Virus record (IMG/VR): IMGVR_UViG_3300012979_000003
Location: 36,254-100,253 of that record
Source of the DNA: a virus
Taxonomy: Duplodnaviria > Caudoviricetes
Reading direction: 5' to 3' (one strand)
Length of the DNA stretch: 64,000 nucleotides
Both the position numbers and the translations under genes were made by a program. The notes under the pieces are model-generated. The model saw only the letters and a program-made list of their open reading frames with translations. It was not told the DNA's origin and ran no database searches. Below, piece by piece: positions 39,201 to 48,857 of the stretch (its first letter is position 1; each line of letters starts with the position of its first letter).

Positions 39201-41539
39201 AACAAGCGTCAGCCCTACTTAAGGAATATGTTGCTAAATACGGTGGTGGAACCTTTGCAAACCAACGTGACTTGTACGACGACATGATTGAAGTACATGA
39301 CGGGTTGTGTTATTTGGTACAAGAAATCCCGTTGTCCTATACTCTTGCCAAACAGGCTCTTGAAAAACAATTACGTGAAGACACGTCATTGAATAGACAA
39401 AAACGTGAAGCAAAATTGTTCGAATGGTTGGAAACCAACGCACCTGTACACGATTTGGGAGCCTATCAGACTGAATTAAATAATCGTGTTGAAGAGATTG
39501 TTTAGGGTTTGTCGGCCGAAGAGAAAAAAGCAGTATATGACAACCTTAAAAAACCTATGAAGGATAGAAGTACTTGGTATTATTTATATAAGACTAACAA
39601 GATTTCTTCAGAAACAGAAGCCGCATTGAGGGAATTATTTATCGACTTAGAAAAGTTTAGAAAACCTTCTCCAATTTATAAAAATGATAAATATCAGAAA
39701 CTCTTAGCGTTAAAGAGTTCTAATGATGTTAAATGGAGAATGTATGAGTTCTTATTAGAAACCGCAAAAGATGCTGACAGTAAAGTGGATTTGTACAAAA
39801 AACGTTTGGATGGTAGACTGCCTGCGGTTAGAAAAACATCTTTAGATCGTACGTTAGAAGGACAGGGCGCAAAATCTGTAGCAACAAACTGGGCTAAAGA
39901 AAACAGTTGTCTTGTAGAAGACGATGCATTCCAAGGTGAATATATTGACGTAAACGGTAGAAAAATCAAACAAATACCACTATATTACAACAGTAAGAGA
40001 CTTACTGAGCAGGATCAGAGATTTGATTTGCCAACGATTTATGGCATGTGGTACAAGTCTGCATTGGAATATGACGCCAAACGACAGGTTAGAGCTTTCA
40101 TGGAGTATACAGAATTCGTACTCAGTACCAGAATGACGAAAACTAATACAATCTCTTGGCTGGACAAGGTTAGAGGTAATAACCAAGGGCAAGAGGTTCT
40201 TACGAAAGTAGATAATACTGCAAGATAGTTTTCTGGATTCATGGATTAGGTGTTCTACAATAACACTTTGCAAGACCTCGGTTAGACTGGAATCGTCAAC
40301 AATTCAAAAGTATTTCAGAAAATTCTTAGTTATTACTCTTCTCTCGTTATGTCATTCAATGGTGTTAGTGGTATAAACAACTTCCTGAATGCTGAAACAC
40401 AAGGCTTGGAGGAAGCATTTGGTGGTGAGTTGTTTGGCATAAAGAACTACATGAAAGCTACCAAAGAGTACTGGAAACATATGAAAGGTATGCTGACTGA
40501 TTTATCATCTGGCAGAGCTCCCAAAGACAAAGTATCGTTGTTGGTTAAACACTTTGGTCTTTTTGATAGAAACACTATTAGTTTGCGAGCAAGTGGTATG
40601 ATGCGACATAGTCTTAGCGATATCGCTCATTGGCCAAATACTATCGGTGAACACCATTCACAAGTAAGATTGCTACTTGCGGCGTTAATGCAGCGTGAAG
40701 CATTGGATGAAAACGGCAAGTCATTGGGAAGTCTATATGATTACTTGTCATTCGACGCGGATGGTAATCTCATTGTTGCAGATGGTGTTGCTAACTTTAG
40801 TGAGGCTGACCAGATTGAATTTGCTACAGCAATACGTACTACGATAATGGAAACGGCAGGTAATTACGATTCTCGTATGAAAGCTCTTGCTAATCAATAG
40901 GCTTGGGGTCGATTGGTTTTAACGTTGCGTAAGTGGGTGTACCCGTCAATTCACAGACGTTTTGCAGAGGAGTACTATGATAACTTGCGTGGACAAAAAG
41001 TAAAGGGTTTTTATCGCAGCGGATATAAAACGATACGTGATGTAGCGATAGCGCCAATTTTGCAATATGTAGGACTAGCGGATAAGTTAAAACTAAAAGC
41101 TACCAAATGGAATGAACTTTCTGAACTTGATAAACGCAATTTTAAACGATTCGCTACAGAAATGGGTGTGCTTGCGCTAAGTTCTGCAATATTCTATATG
41201 TTGAGTGGCATTTCCGGCGATGGTGATGACGAATGGGATGTATTCTTGCAGAATATACAATACCAAGCGTATCGTCTTAGCAACGATTTGAGTTTTTATT
41301 TTAATCCTGAGTCGTTTGCACGTATTTTACAAGATCCGTTCCCAACAATGACCTTGCTTACGGATATAACTAGGCTGTTTTGGTAGTTATTTGATCCACT
41401 AGAAGAATACACTTCTGGTGCTCGCAAAGGTGAAAGTAAACTTTGGTATTATAGTTCAAGACTTTTGCCAGGAATAAAACAAATGGATCGTTTTGGAAAT
41501 ATTGCAGAGGAAATGGAGTTGTTCCAAAACGTGTTCTAA
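36296..41539 (+). CDS. Polyvalent cargo protein (~1750 aa): ART-PolyVal-like, zincin and PD-(D/E)XK domains (TAG-recoded)
   Basis: One frame across 8 fragments. FKNWFGDW..SKVVDENGEPLVVYH; HEYAH at 37295-37309; VAGITDLILRD..VLMDYKT. Confidence 0.8.
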
Positions 41540-41577
41540 TTTTACGTTATTTCGTTCTGATTTTTGTGGTAATTTTT

Positions 41578-41615
41578 ATAAAAATAGGCTATCTTCACAG
41601 ATAGCCTATTTTATT
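41578..41615. terminator. Bidirectional terminator between convergent modules
   Basis: AAAAATAGGCTATCT-TCAC-AGATAGCCTATTTT with A and T tracts on either side. Confidence 0.85.
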
Positions 41616-42163
41616 GCTTCTAGATCTTCATCTTTCAGCTTCACATTCGATATATTTAAAACTTCATTTTTTGAATTTTTAAATGGATATCTTACGATAC
41701 CTTTTGTGTTTCTTGGTAACAAATTTGGAGAAAATAGAATTTTTTCTAGAAATTCGTTTACACCAGGTATTGATTTAAAGATATTACATATTTTTATACC
41801 TATTGGAGCGTGTAATTTTTCATACTCACCGTTTATGATGTGGTCAGCATCTTTTTTGTATTTAGGTGGTATTATGAAGCTAAATACATTGTGTATCGTT
41901 CCATCTACGTTTTCCACATACTTATCATATGCGTATTCAGATTTATTGTAGAATTCCATTACTTGCAGTGGTGGAATTCTTTCATAATCTAGAATTATTT
42001 TTATACCCCAATTTGGTTTATTTATGTCTTTGTAATAAACTCCTTTTAGATTTGGTGTGAATAACAGTCTGTATTCAGTTCTGTTTTTACAAATCAATGG
42101 GAGTAAAAACGTTGCCGTTAATTTTGCAATGCCCATATCATAACTTCTCAACACCGTCACCAT
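41606..42163 (-). CDS. Hypothetical protein (ends at TAG; would extend to 41576 if read through)
   Basis: 185-aa ORF coupled to the upstream exonuclease gene. Confidence 0.7.
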   Translation of the reverse strand: MVTVLRSYDMGIAKLTATFLLPLICKNRTEYRLLFTPNLKGVYYKDINKPNWGIKIILDYERIPPLQVMEFYNKSEYAYDKYVENVDGTIHNVFSFIIPPKYKKDADHIINGEYEKLHAPIGIKICNIFKSIPGVNEFLEKILFSPNLLPRNTKGIVRYPFKNSKNEVLNISNVKLKDEDLEAIK

Positions 42164-43121
42164 TGTAATATTCCAACGAATGGTCCCACATGTTAAGTTT
42201 GGTATGTTCTGATATTTTCTGCATTGTATCTTTAATGAGGTTTATCTTATCACATAAAGTTTGGTAGTCACTCATGTCAAACACTCTAATCTGGTTACGT
42301 TTACTTTTGTCAATACAGATAATATACGCTTCAAAGTCATAATCATCCGTATTTAGATTTAGAACGTTTGCCATGTACCATTGTATTGCAAGACTATAAA
42401 ATGCTATTTGTCTATAGTAATCGTATGTTTCTACAGACTTCTTGAAATTGTATGCATCGACTGTTGTCTTTAAGTCAATCAAGATGATCTTCTTATTAAC
42501 ATGATCAAAGCACACTCTATCTAATAATGACTTGCACTTTATATCTCGTTTAGTGTCTTCCCAATTTATGTGAAATTCATTAAAAGATTCAAAGGTTACC
42601 GGCAAATTAAACAATAATTCATTTGCTTTCTTGTGTTCCTCGAGATTCTTCTTAATCTGTTTAAGCATATTTACATCTGCAAAGGATATAACTTTCTTAG
42701 TATCCTTTACTTTACAGTATTCTATATATGCAGAATACTTCTTACACAGCTCAGAAGCCTCTTTTAAGGCGATTTGCCAGGACTTTGAGTTGCTGTATGA
42801 AGATTTGTATGCCTGAAGCTTTTTTTCGTCTTCTAGGAGCTCTAATGAGCTTGCATAAGCTTCACAGAAATCCTTCTGTTGTTTTACTTTCGGGACTTCG
42901 AAGTCTAATACCACATAGTCCTTCCAAAATTCATCAGGTTGTAAGATATACTCGTGGATCATAGTTCCTTTCTCTAGAAAAGAACCTTCCAGTTTGTCCT
43001 CTTTACCGTCCATAGAGTCACGAAAAAAGGCTGGCCCTCTTTCGAGGAACCAACCTAACGCGCTATTGTTTAATCTACTATGGTCTTCGTAATAAGGAAT
43101 TTCAATTTTCATTCGTTCCAT
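42138..43121 (-). CDS. PD-(D/E)XK exonuclease (RecE/DUF3799-like)
   Basis: GTMIHEYIL, KSLLDRV, LIDLKTT, YDYYRQIAFY motifs. Confidence 0.8.
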   Translation of the reverse strand: MERMKIEIPYYEDHSRLNNSALGWFLERGPAFFRDSMDGKEDKLEGSFLEKGTMIHEYILQPDEFWKDYVVLDFEVPKVKQQKDFCEAYASSLELLEDEKKLQAYKSSYSNSKSWQIALKEASELCKKYSAYIEYCKVKDTKKVISFADVNMLKQIKKNLEEHKKANELLFNLPVTFESFNEFHINWEDTKRDIKCKSLLDRVCFDHVNKKIILIDLKTTVDAYNFKKSVETYDYYRQIAFYSLAIQWYMANVLNLNTDDYDFEAYIICIDKSKRNQIRVFDMSDYQTLCDKINLIKDTMQKISEHTKLNMWDHSLEYYNGDGVEKL

Positions 43122-44038
43122 TATGCTGCGTCGAAATAATCGTCATCATCGTCATCCCATTCTTCATCACCCCAATCTCCTTCATCTTTAAGTTCAAGCG
43201 AATCAGGATCGACATTATCTTCTGCACCCAACTGAGGTACGGTGGAGTCAGTATCTGATGATTTTTTGCTCAACGTGATACTCATGTTGGATACAATATC
43301 TTCAACAGATTCGCCAGTTTCTTGGAAGTATTCAACTTCTTCAAGGATCGATGAAATATTATCTACTGAAGTGGCTACAACACGTTCGCGAATGAAATTG
43401 CGTACACCCTCTTTGTCAATTACAGAACTGTCTTCCAATAGACAATCGAGCAATTCGAGGTTGTTTTCAAATGTGTAATTCTTTGCATAACGAATACGTG
43501 AACAACGATCTTCCAAATACTTAGAAGTCTTACCACGATCATTGCAAGTCATTACTACAAGCTTCTTTGCTGTCTTTTCAATACCGTCCAAGAAGCCAAG
43601 AAGGGATTCAGTATTGAAGTTCTTTTCAACCTCATCGAATAAACAACATACCGGTGTGGTAAATTGCTTGAAGAACTTATTCAAGTCTCCAAATCGACAA
43701 GATTCATTTACAACGAAAATGGGTAGACCAGATTGCTGTGCAATCTGTTTAGCGGTAATAGACTTACCAGTACCCTTTTCACCATACAGCATTACACCAG
43801 TTGTCTGCTTACCCGTCTTATTGAAGAAATCGAGTACTCGTTTCACAAACTTAGTGTTGTTTGCAATTTCATACAGTTTCGGAGGCATATTCAAGTCACC
43901 ATTCAACGATAGGTTGAACGTTTCTTGATAACGATTGTAATTAAGGTCATAAACCTTACCTGCTTCCAAGTTGTACTGATTGCCTGCGGGAATAGGTACT
44001 ACGTTATTCCCGTATTTCATAAATTCTTTATTCTGCAT
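43121..44038 (-). CDS. AAA-family ATPase
   Basis: Walker A GEKGTGKS, Walker B CLFDEVEK, RCSRIRY arginine finger. Confidence 0.85.
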   Translation of the reverse strand: MQNKEFMKYGNNVVPIPAGNQYNLEAGKVYDLNYNRYQETFNLSLNGDLNMPPKLYEIANNTKFVKRVLDFFNKTGKQTTGVMLYGEKGTGKSITAKQIAQQSGLPIFVVNESCRFGDLNKFFKQFTTPVCCLFDEVEKNFNTESLLGFLDGIEKTAKKLVVMTCNDRGKTSKYLEDRCSRIRYAKNYTFENNLELLDCLLEDSSVIDKEGVRNFIRERVVATSVDNISSILEEVEYFQETGESVEDIVSNMSITLSKKSSDTDSTVPQLGAEDNVDPDSLELKDEGDWGDEEWDDDDDDYFDAA

Positions 44039-44408
44039 AGTTCTTTCGTAATTCTGTTACTAATTTGTCTACTTCTTTTTGATTACGCACAACATAGAAT
44101 TTTATATTTGGCATATTGTTACTCAAGTAATACTTGAATAACTTTTCTCGTAAAGGCCAGGCATCGTTACCAAACCCCTTACATTCTATGATGAATCCAT
44201 TACCTACAAAGTCTGGCAGGTATGTCATTGCACGTATCTTTTTTCCATCGTACATAAAGCCAGGAAGTAGTTCGTAGCGACAACACTCATAATCTGCGTG
44301 TAAGTTTGCTTCTTTTAGCTTTTTGTACGTATATGCCTCTAGTTTACTACGGAATTTGATTCCGTCTATTTCAACCTTTGTGGCATTTTTTACTTTTTTG
44401 TTCTACAT
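44028..44408 (-). CDS. DUF1064/T7 endonuclease I-like PD-(D/E)XK endonuclease with TAG at codon 2
   Basis: ATG-TAG-AAC-AAA.. gives M(Q)NKKVKNATKVEIDGIKFRSKLEAY...TYLPDF...IIECKG, in frame with ORF 44028-44255. Confidence 0.75.
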
Positions 44409-44509
44409 AGTTTTTCAAACAGTATTTTTATTCCTACTATTAATGCAAATATTCCTGCTAGCGCTAGGTATGCTAGGAACATAATTATGCTTCGTAATAA
44501 CTTTGTCAT
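44390..44509 (-). CDS. Small membrane protein
   Basis: MTKLLRSIIMFLAYLALAGIFALIVGIKIL, single TM helix; overlaps neighbouring stop/start codons. Confidence 0.5.
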   Translation of the reverse strand: MTKLLRSIIMFLAYLALAGIFALIVGIKILFEKLCRTKK

Positions 44510-44868
44510 TTGTTCTTGTTTTTGCGGTTTTTGTACCAGTGTATAAAATTGTCGTACAGAATCGCTATGTCCATTTTGAACATGCTCCAACGATAATCAA
44601 GTTTTGACTTTAATCTGTACGTAAACTTTTCGTATTTGGACATCGCATTCCATTCGTCCTCCCATTCTTTTGACTTTCGCTTATAATAAGCTTCTTCGTC
44701 ACAAGTGTTTATTACAAAGTATGCGTCCTCTCTTTCTGAACTATATCGTTGAATAAAATCAAATATTTCAACTTCTTCCATTTCAGGGGTTTGAATAAGT
44801 ACTTCAGGATCGTCTTTGAACGAATTACGCGATTCAGTTAGATTCTTTATCAATTCTGAGAGTTTCAT
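44506..44868 (-). CDS. Hypothetical protein
   Basis: ORF; MKLSELIK start preferred. Confidence 0.6.
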   Translation of the reverse strand: MKLSELIKNLTESRNSFKDDPEVLIQTPEMEEVEIFDFIQRYSSEREDAYFVINTCDEEAYYKRKSKEWEDEWNAMSKYEKFTYRLKSKLDYRWSMFKMDIAILYDNFIHWYKNRKNKNK

Positions 44869-45814
44869 AAATCCAAGATTTAATTGTTTCGAATCCATTC
44901 AACTTAATTGCATCAGATATATCTTTTGCTTTAAACTTCTTATGGACTAGCACTGGCTCTAAGCCTGTTTTTAGGCTTATTTTTCGAAGATAAGACACAC
45001 CTGGACCATCTCTATCAAAACACACTAAAATGCGCTTAAAACGCCTCTTAAGGGCATCTATGAAGGTCTGAGGTATGAATGTACTCTCTGACGATGGTGA
45101 AATAGCTGGTATTCCCATTTCATGTAGACACATTACGTCTTTTAACGACTTTGTTATGATTAGTAAGTCACCTTTTTTAGGTAATTGCTCATAACCTTGT
45201 ATGTCTGTTTCTGTCAGATTGTTTCTCCATTTAGTATACTTATCTCCTAATGGTCTATATATCTTAAAGTGATTGTAGACCTTATAGGCATACATTGGAT
45301 TTTCGTCTTTGTATATACCTTTTACAATGCCATTGCAAAGATAATATTTGATACTATTTACGTTAAACTTCTTAAGGGTTGGTTCACTGATTCCAAATTG
45401 AGACCAGTATTGTTTATCCACATCGGTAAACTCTTGGCGTACTACACCAATTACTGTATCTCCTGTTGGTATATATTGCTTAGAGCTAACGAGTTTGGTG
45501 TTATTGGTAATCTTCATTTTAGCTACAATGTCATTAAGAATGTCATTGTAGTTTGTTAGACCTGTATAAAGTTGTACAAATTTGATGATGTTACCACATT
45601 CACCGGTTCCATGATCTTTAAAAAGTAGTTGTCCTGTACGTTTACTATAGTATATCCCAAATGACGGGTTGTTGTCCTGTCTAAATGGACTATTGTATAT
45701 CATACCTACTTTAAATTGACCTATATAGCTAGCATATATATCGTATTCTGTTACCTTAGATAGTATCCAATCTAAAGTAACATTAGTTGGTTTCTTTTTC
45801 TTTGTACTATACAT
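44834..45814 (-). CDS. DNA primase (DnaG/TOPRIM type)
   Basis: SPFRQDNNPSF, FKDHGTG, IITKSLKDVM, FDRDGPG, KDISD motifs. Confidence 0.85.
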   Translation of the reverse strand: MYSTKKKKPTNVTLDWILSKVTEYDIYASYIGQFKVGMIYNSPFRQDNNPSFGIYYSKRTGQLLFKDHGTGECGNIIKFVQLYTGLTNYNDILNDIVAKMKITNNTKLVSSKQYIPTGDTVIGVVRQEFTDVDKQYWSQFGISEPTLKKFNVNSIKYYLCNGIVKGIYKDENPMYAYKVYNHFKIYRPLGDKYTKWRNNLTETDIQGYEQLPKKGDLLIITKSLKDVMCLHEMGIPAISPSSESTFIPQTFIDALKRRFKRILVCFDRDGPGVSYLRKISLKTGLEPVLVHKKFKAKDISDAIKLNGFETIKSWIYETLRIDKESN

Positions 45815-45831
45815 ATGCTTTAATTTAGTTG

Positions 45832-45904
45832 AGCCTGTGCTGGATTTGAACCAAACTCTTTCTTCAAATAATGAAGTTGTGCTAACCTTATAACACTAAC
45901 AGGC
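45832..45904 (-). ncRNA. tRNA-like element with non-canonical anticodon arm
   Basis: Acceptor GCCUGU/ACAGGC, D-arm UGUU..AGCA, T-arm UGG-UUCAAAU-CCA; anticodon arm CUUCA-UUAUU-UGAAG is atypical. Confidence 0.65.
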
Positions 45905-46030
45905 AAAATGACCCAATGGCAGTTCTTATGGGATGCCATTGGGTTCTTGACTGGATTAATCCACCAGCCGTTTTATAGTGCAGATGAGCGCGACGGGGGC
46001 ATCTCATGTACACTCTGTTAAACTCTAACG

Positions 46031-46651
46031 TTAAAACGGCAAATCGTTAGGGTTTGTAGTTGCTTCATTCTTTACATCCGCAAAGGGATCTGCGTTTGCT
46101 ACAGGAGTTTCAGCATCAGCTACTACGGGACGAGTGAACTGGTCAATACCAAGTTCTGTGATGCTGCTTGTCTTACCTTCAGGGAGTTCCTGAGGTTCAA
46201 TAAAGGTATACTTTGCATATGCAGGTAAAGCGGTATATCCTTTTCGATTGTATACAACTTTTACGCGGAGCTTCTTTGTCTTATCTACAGTACTCAGTTT
46301 ATAAGCCACCCAATCAATGAATGACTTGAACGTGTCACCTTCAAATACAGCATCTTCTTCTGCATAGAAGCATGAAATAATCTGCATGATTCGTGATACA
46401 ATGTTGTCAGCCTTAGCTTCCAACTTTTCTTGAGTATCTGTGGGACCACCGAGGGTGGGTTCCCATTCAGTGTGAGTCAACGTTGCACTGTCTTTCTCAA
46501 AGACAAATTCGATGAAGTTGTTTCCATTAGGTGACTTATCAATGCGAACGCTCTTAAAGGTTACGTTCTCATGAATACCTGCGGGAATGTACTTAATATC
46601 TTTCTTCTCAATATTTTGTTTTGCTCTACTTGTACTAAACATATTCTTCAA
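46031..46651 (-). CDS. Single-stranded DNA-binding protein (putative)
   Basis: Located in the replication cluster next to the AAA/Sak4-like gene; acidic tail ending NDLPF. Confidence 0.65.
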   Translation of the reverse strand: MKNMFSTSRAKQNIEKKDIKYIPAGIHENVTFKSVRIDKSPNGNNFIEFVFEKDSATLTHTEWEPTLGGPTDTQEKLEAKADNIVSRIMQIISCFYAEEDAVFEGDTFKSFIDWVAYKLSTVDKTKKLRVKVVYNRKGYTALPAYAKYTFIEPQELPEGKTSSITELGIDQFTRPVVADAETPVANADPFADVKNEATTNPNDLPF

Positions 46652-46658
46652 ATTTTAA

Positions 46659-48235
46659 TTATTCTGGTAAATAAACACGATCCCAATAAACATTAATGTT
46701 GTTGGAATCATCACTCTCTGCAATCACTAAGTTTTTGCCACGTAAATGTGGTGCACGTGCTTCACGAACTGAATTATCTCCACCTTCAAATGAAATGTGA
46801 GTTTCGTTCTTTTTTCGGTAAACGTAACCTACTGCATCTGCTTCTCCACAGATGATATTAGCTAGTTTACCTACAAGGTCTAACGACATTTCTGATAACT
46901 CTTCTCCATCTTTGTTTATCATCTTGTCTTTCAAGTGACCAATTAAAATGAAGTTATCACAGAGATCTCGGAACATGTCGATAATCTTACGTACTGCTTG
47001 TTGTAGATATAAATATCCACTACCGTTTGGTAACGTGCGTACGTCTGTACCTTGATAAGACTTTCCCATTGGTGTTGCTTTGTCATTATCTTCTATATAA
47101 ACCGCAACGTTTATATACGTTCTCTTATGAACTGCTGCATGTCACCATGCAGATGAGACTATATCATCTCCTTTTACCTTATGCGGCAGTCAGGAGTTCC
47201 CCATTTCCATCACCATTGGCTTGTGATGTACTCTCTTTCGAGATAGTCGTTGAACCTTCAACATAAAACTTTTCATAGATTTTTTTAATTTTTTCCATGA
47301 ACACATTAATTGGATATTTGTTTTTCATACGATTGCAAATAAAACAGCATGGTACACAATTTTCTTTTGTGTAATGTTTTGTGGAATCCAACCTGTCTAT
47401 TCCATTGGCGTGTGGTTCTCCACAATAGTGACAGGGTTTATGTAGAAATTCTTTAATTTCGTCATCTGTTAATTCCATTTGGTAGTTTCTACCTTTCGCG
47501 TTACTTTTTATAGAACTAATTCTGTATTTATCCGGTCGATCTGCTTTATATTTTTTGTCAGCTATTTCTTTTTGTAGATCGTTGATGCAGTTGGTGCATG
47601 CTTTTGGCATATATTTTCCTTTTCCGAATCTATCTGCTCTAACAACTGTTATGTTTCCGCAACGGTTGCATCTGCATTTAAAGTAACTTCTCTTTATTTG
47701 TTTTGTTTTATCGTATTCTTCGTGATCCAATTCTAATATGGTTAATACTCCATGTGTCGTGTTCAAATATTTTTTTAATGTTTCTTGTTTCATGTTGCTT
47801 GGCTTCTGATTGTTTTACCCAAAACTATTTATATAACATATAACGTAGCAATTGGTAAAATGTTCCAGAAGTTAAGGGAATTTTCTGTAAATATTTCTAT
47901 TTACAGCTCCACAGAATTTAGAGTTGTACTGCATACGGCAACGCCATTTCTTCAAGTCTTGAAGCATTATCTATAGTAATATACTTATATGGTTTATTAC
48001 CAGAAGTGTTAATTTCTTCTTTAATCGCATTGGCAATTTCACCAAGATCTTTAACAGATCGTGCTTGTACTGCTAATGCGTCTAAGAATTCAGATCCTCC
48101 TTCTAGGTCAACAATCAAGTTGTTTTCCAACTTTGATACTAATGTTGTTTTACCTGCTTTTGGTTTACCAAACAGGATTAAGAATCGAGGATTCTGAACC
48201 TTAGCTTTTATTTTTTCTTTAGGTAGTACTATCAT
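46659..48235 (-). CDS. AAA_24/Sak4-like ATPase, two exons (48235-47920, 47083-46659), 246 aa spliced
   Basis: Walker A GKPKAGKT and ITIDN in exon 1. Splicing joins CTC-T|AC-AAA to give LPYAVQLYKATPMGKSY in frame. Confidence 0.85.
47179..47793 (-). CDS. Intron-encoded HNH homing endonuclease
   Basis: CRCNRCG zinc motif, CHYCG, NGIDRLDSTKHYTKENCVPCCFICNRMK. Confidence 0.85.
   Translation of the reverse strand: MKQETLKKYLNTTHGVLTILELDHEEYDKTKQIKRSYFKCRCNRCGNITVVRADRFGKGKYMPKACTNCINDLQKEIADKKYKADRPDKYRISSIKSNAKGRNYQMELTDDEIKEFLHKPCHYCGEPHANGIDRLDSTKHYTKENCVPCCFICNRMKNKYPINVFMEKIKKIYEKFYVEGSTTISKESTSQANGDGNGELLTAA
47841..47866 (-). promoter_or_regulatory. Putative ECF-type promoter GGAAC-N16-CGTTA for intron HNH
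   Basis: GGAAC-attttaccaattgcta-CGTTATA lies ~50 nt upstream of the HNH ATG. Confidence 0.6.
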
Positions 48236-48260
48236 GTTTATTAAGTTAGTACTTCGCTAA

Positions 48261-48300
48261 AAATTTGATAGAATCTGACAGAGTTTGCAATAATCTGAGA
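48261..48300. repeat. Four 10-bp-period TYTG repeats
   Basis: aaatttgata/gaatctgaca/gagtttgcaa/taatctgaga in the intergenic spacer. Confidence 0.55.
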
Positions 48301-48311
48301 ATATGCAAAGT

Positions 48312-48851
48312 TTAGTCTGTAATAATGTTGTTAATCTGAACAATCACGTTGATGATAATCTGCTTATCTTCACCGCTCAGTGAATCGAAATAGTCGCGAT
48401 TATTGCGACGAGGGATGATGTGGTTACCAATCTGAGTAAAGTTCTGATAAATTCGTACGGGCATACCGAAGTACTTGAAGTCGTAACCCTTATCAAGGCG
48501 AATCTTCTTTTCTTCAGCATATTCCTCAAGACGTTCGATGGCTGCATCGAAGTCGTTATACAAATTAATCTTCGGTGTATTGTTTACAATCATTGCCTTC
48601 TCACCACGGATAATGTCCCAGAAACTGCGACGCTTACGCTTTGCAGCCACGTCTACGAAGGGTGAATCACCAATAGTGATAAAATCACCAGGACCGGCAT
48701 ATTGTACGCTACTGCGCTTGTTAAGCGGAGTATCTACACCGTCTACTGACAGGAAGGGGAACCGTGTCAAAATGTTCTTTACGAGGATATCCTTCAAAAT
48801 ACCCTTATTGTCTTGTTCTTTACTAGGAAGTTCAATATAAAAACGTTTCAT
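48312..48851 (-). CDS. Hypothetical protein
   Basis: 179-aa ORF in the operon. Confidence 0.75.
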   Translation of the reverse strand: MKRFYIELPSKEQDNKGILKDILVKNILTRFPFLSVDGVDTPLNKRSSVQYAGPGDFITIGDSPFVDVAAKRKRRSFWDIIRGEKAMIVNNTPKINLYNDFDAAIERLEEYAEEKKIRLDKGYDFKYFGMPVRIYQNFTQIGNHIIPRRNNRDYFDSLSGEDKQIIINVIVQINNIITD

Positions 48852-48857
48852 ATAATT

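Larger units (their letters stand above)
47084..47919 (-). mobile_element. Group I intron in AAA ATPase gene
   Basis: 5' exon ends in U, pairing CUCU with GGAG (P1 with U.G); R motif GUUCAACGACUA; S motif GAUGAUAUAGUCU; terminal G at 47084. Confidence 0.9.

Noticed and set aside
4992-41539. Mass pseudogenisation or sequencing errors fragmenting the + strand genes
   Set aside because: Every interruption examined is TAG in the same frame, with no frameshifts or TAA/TGA breaks; this indicates recoding.
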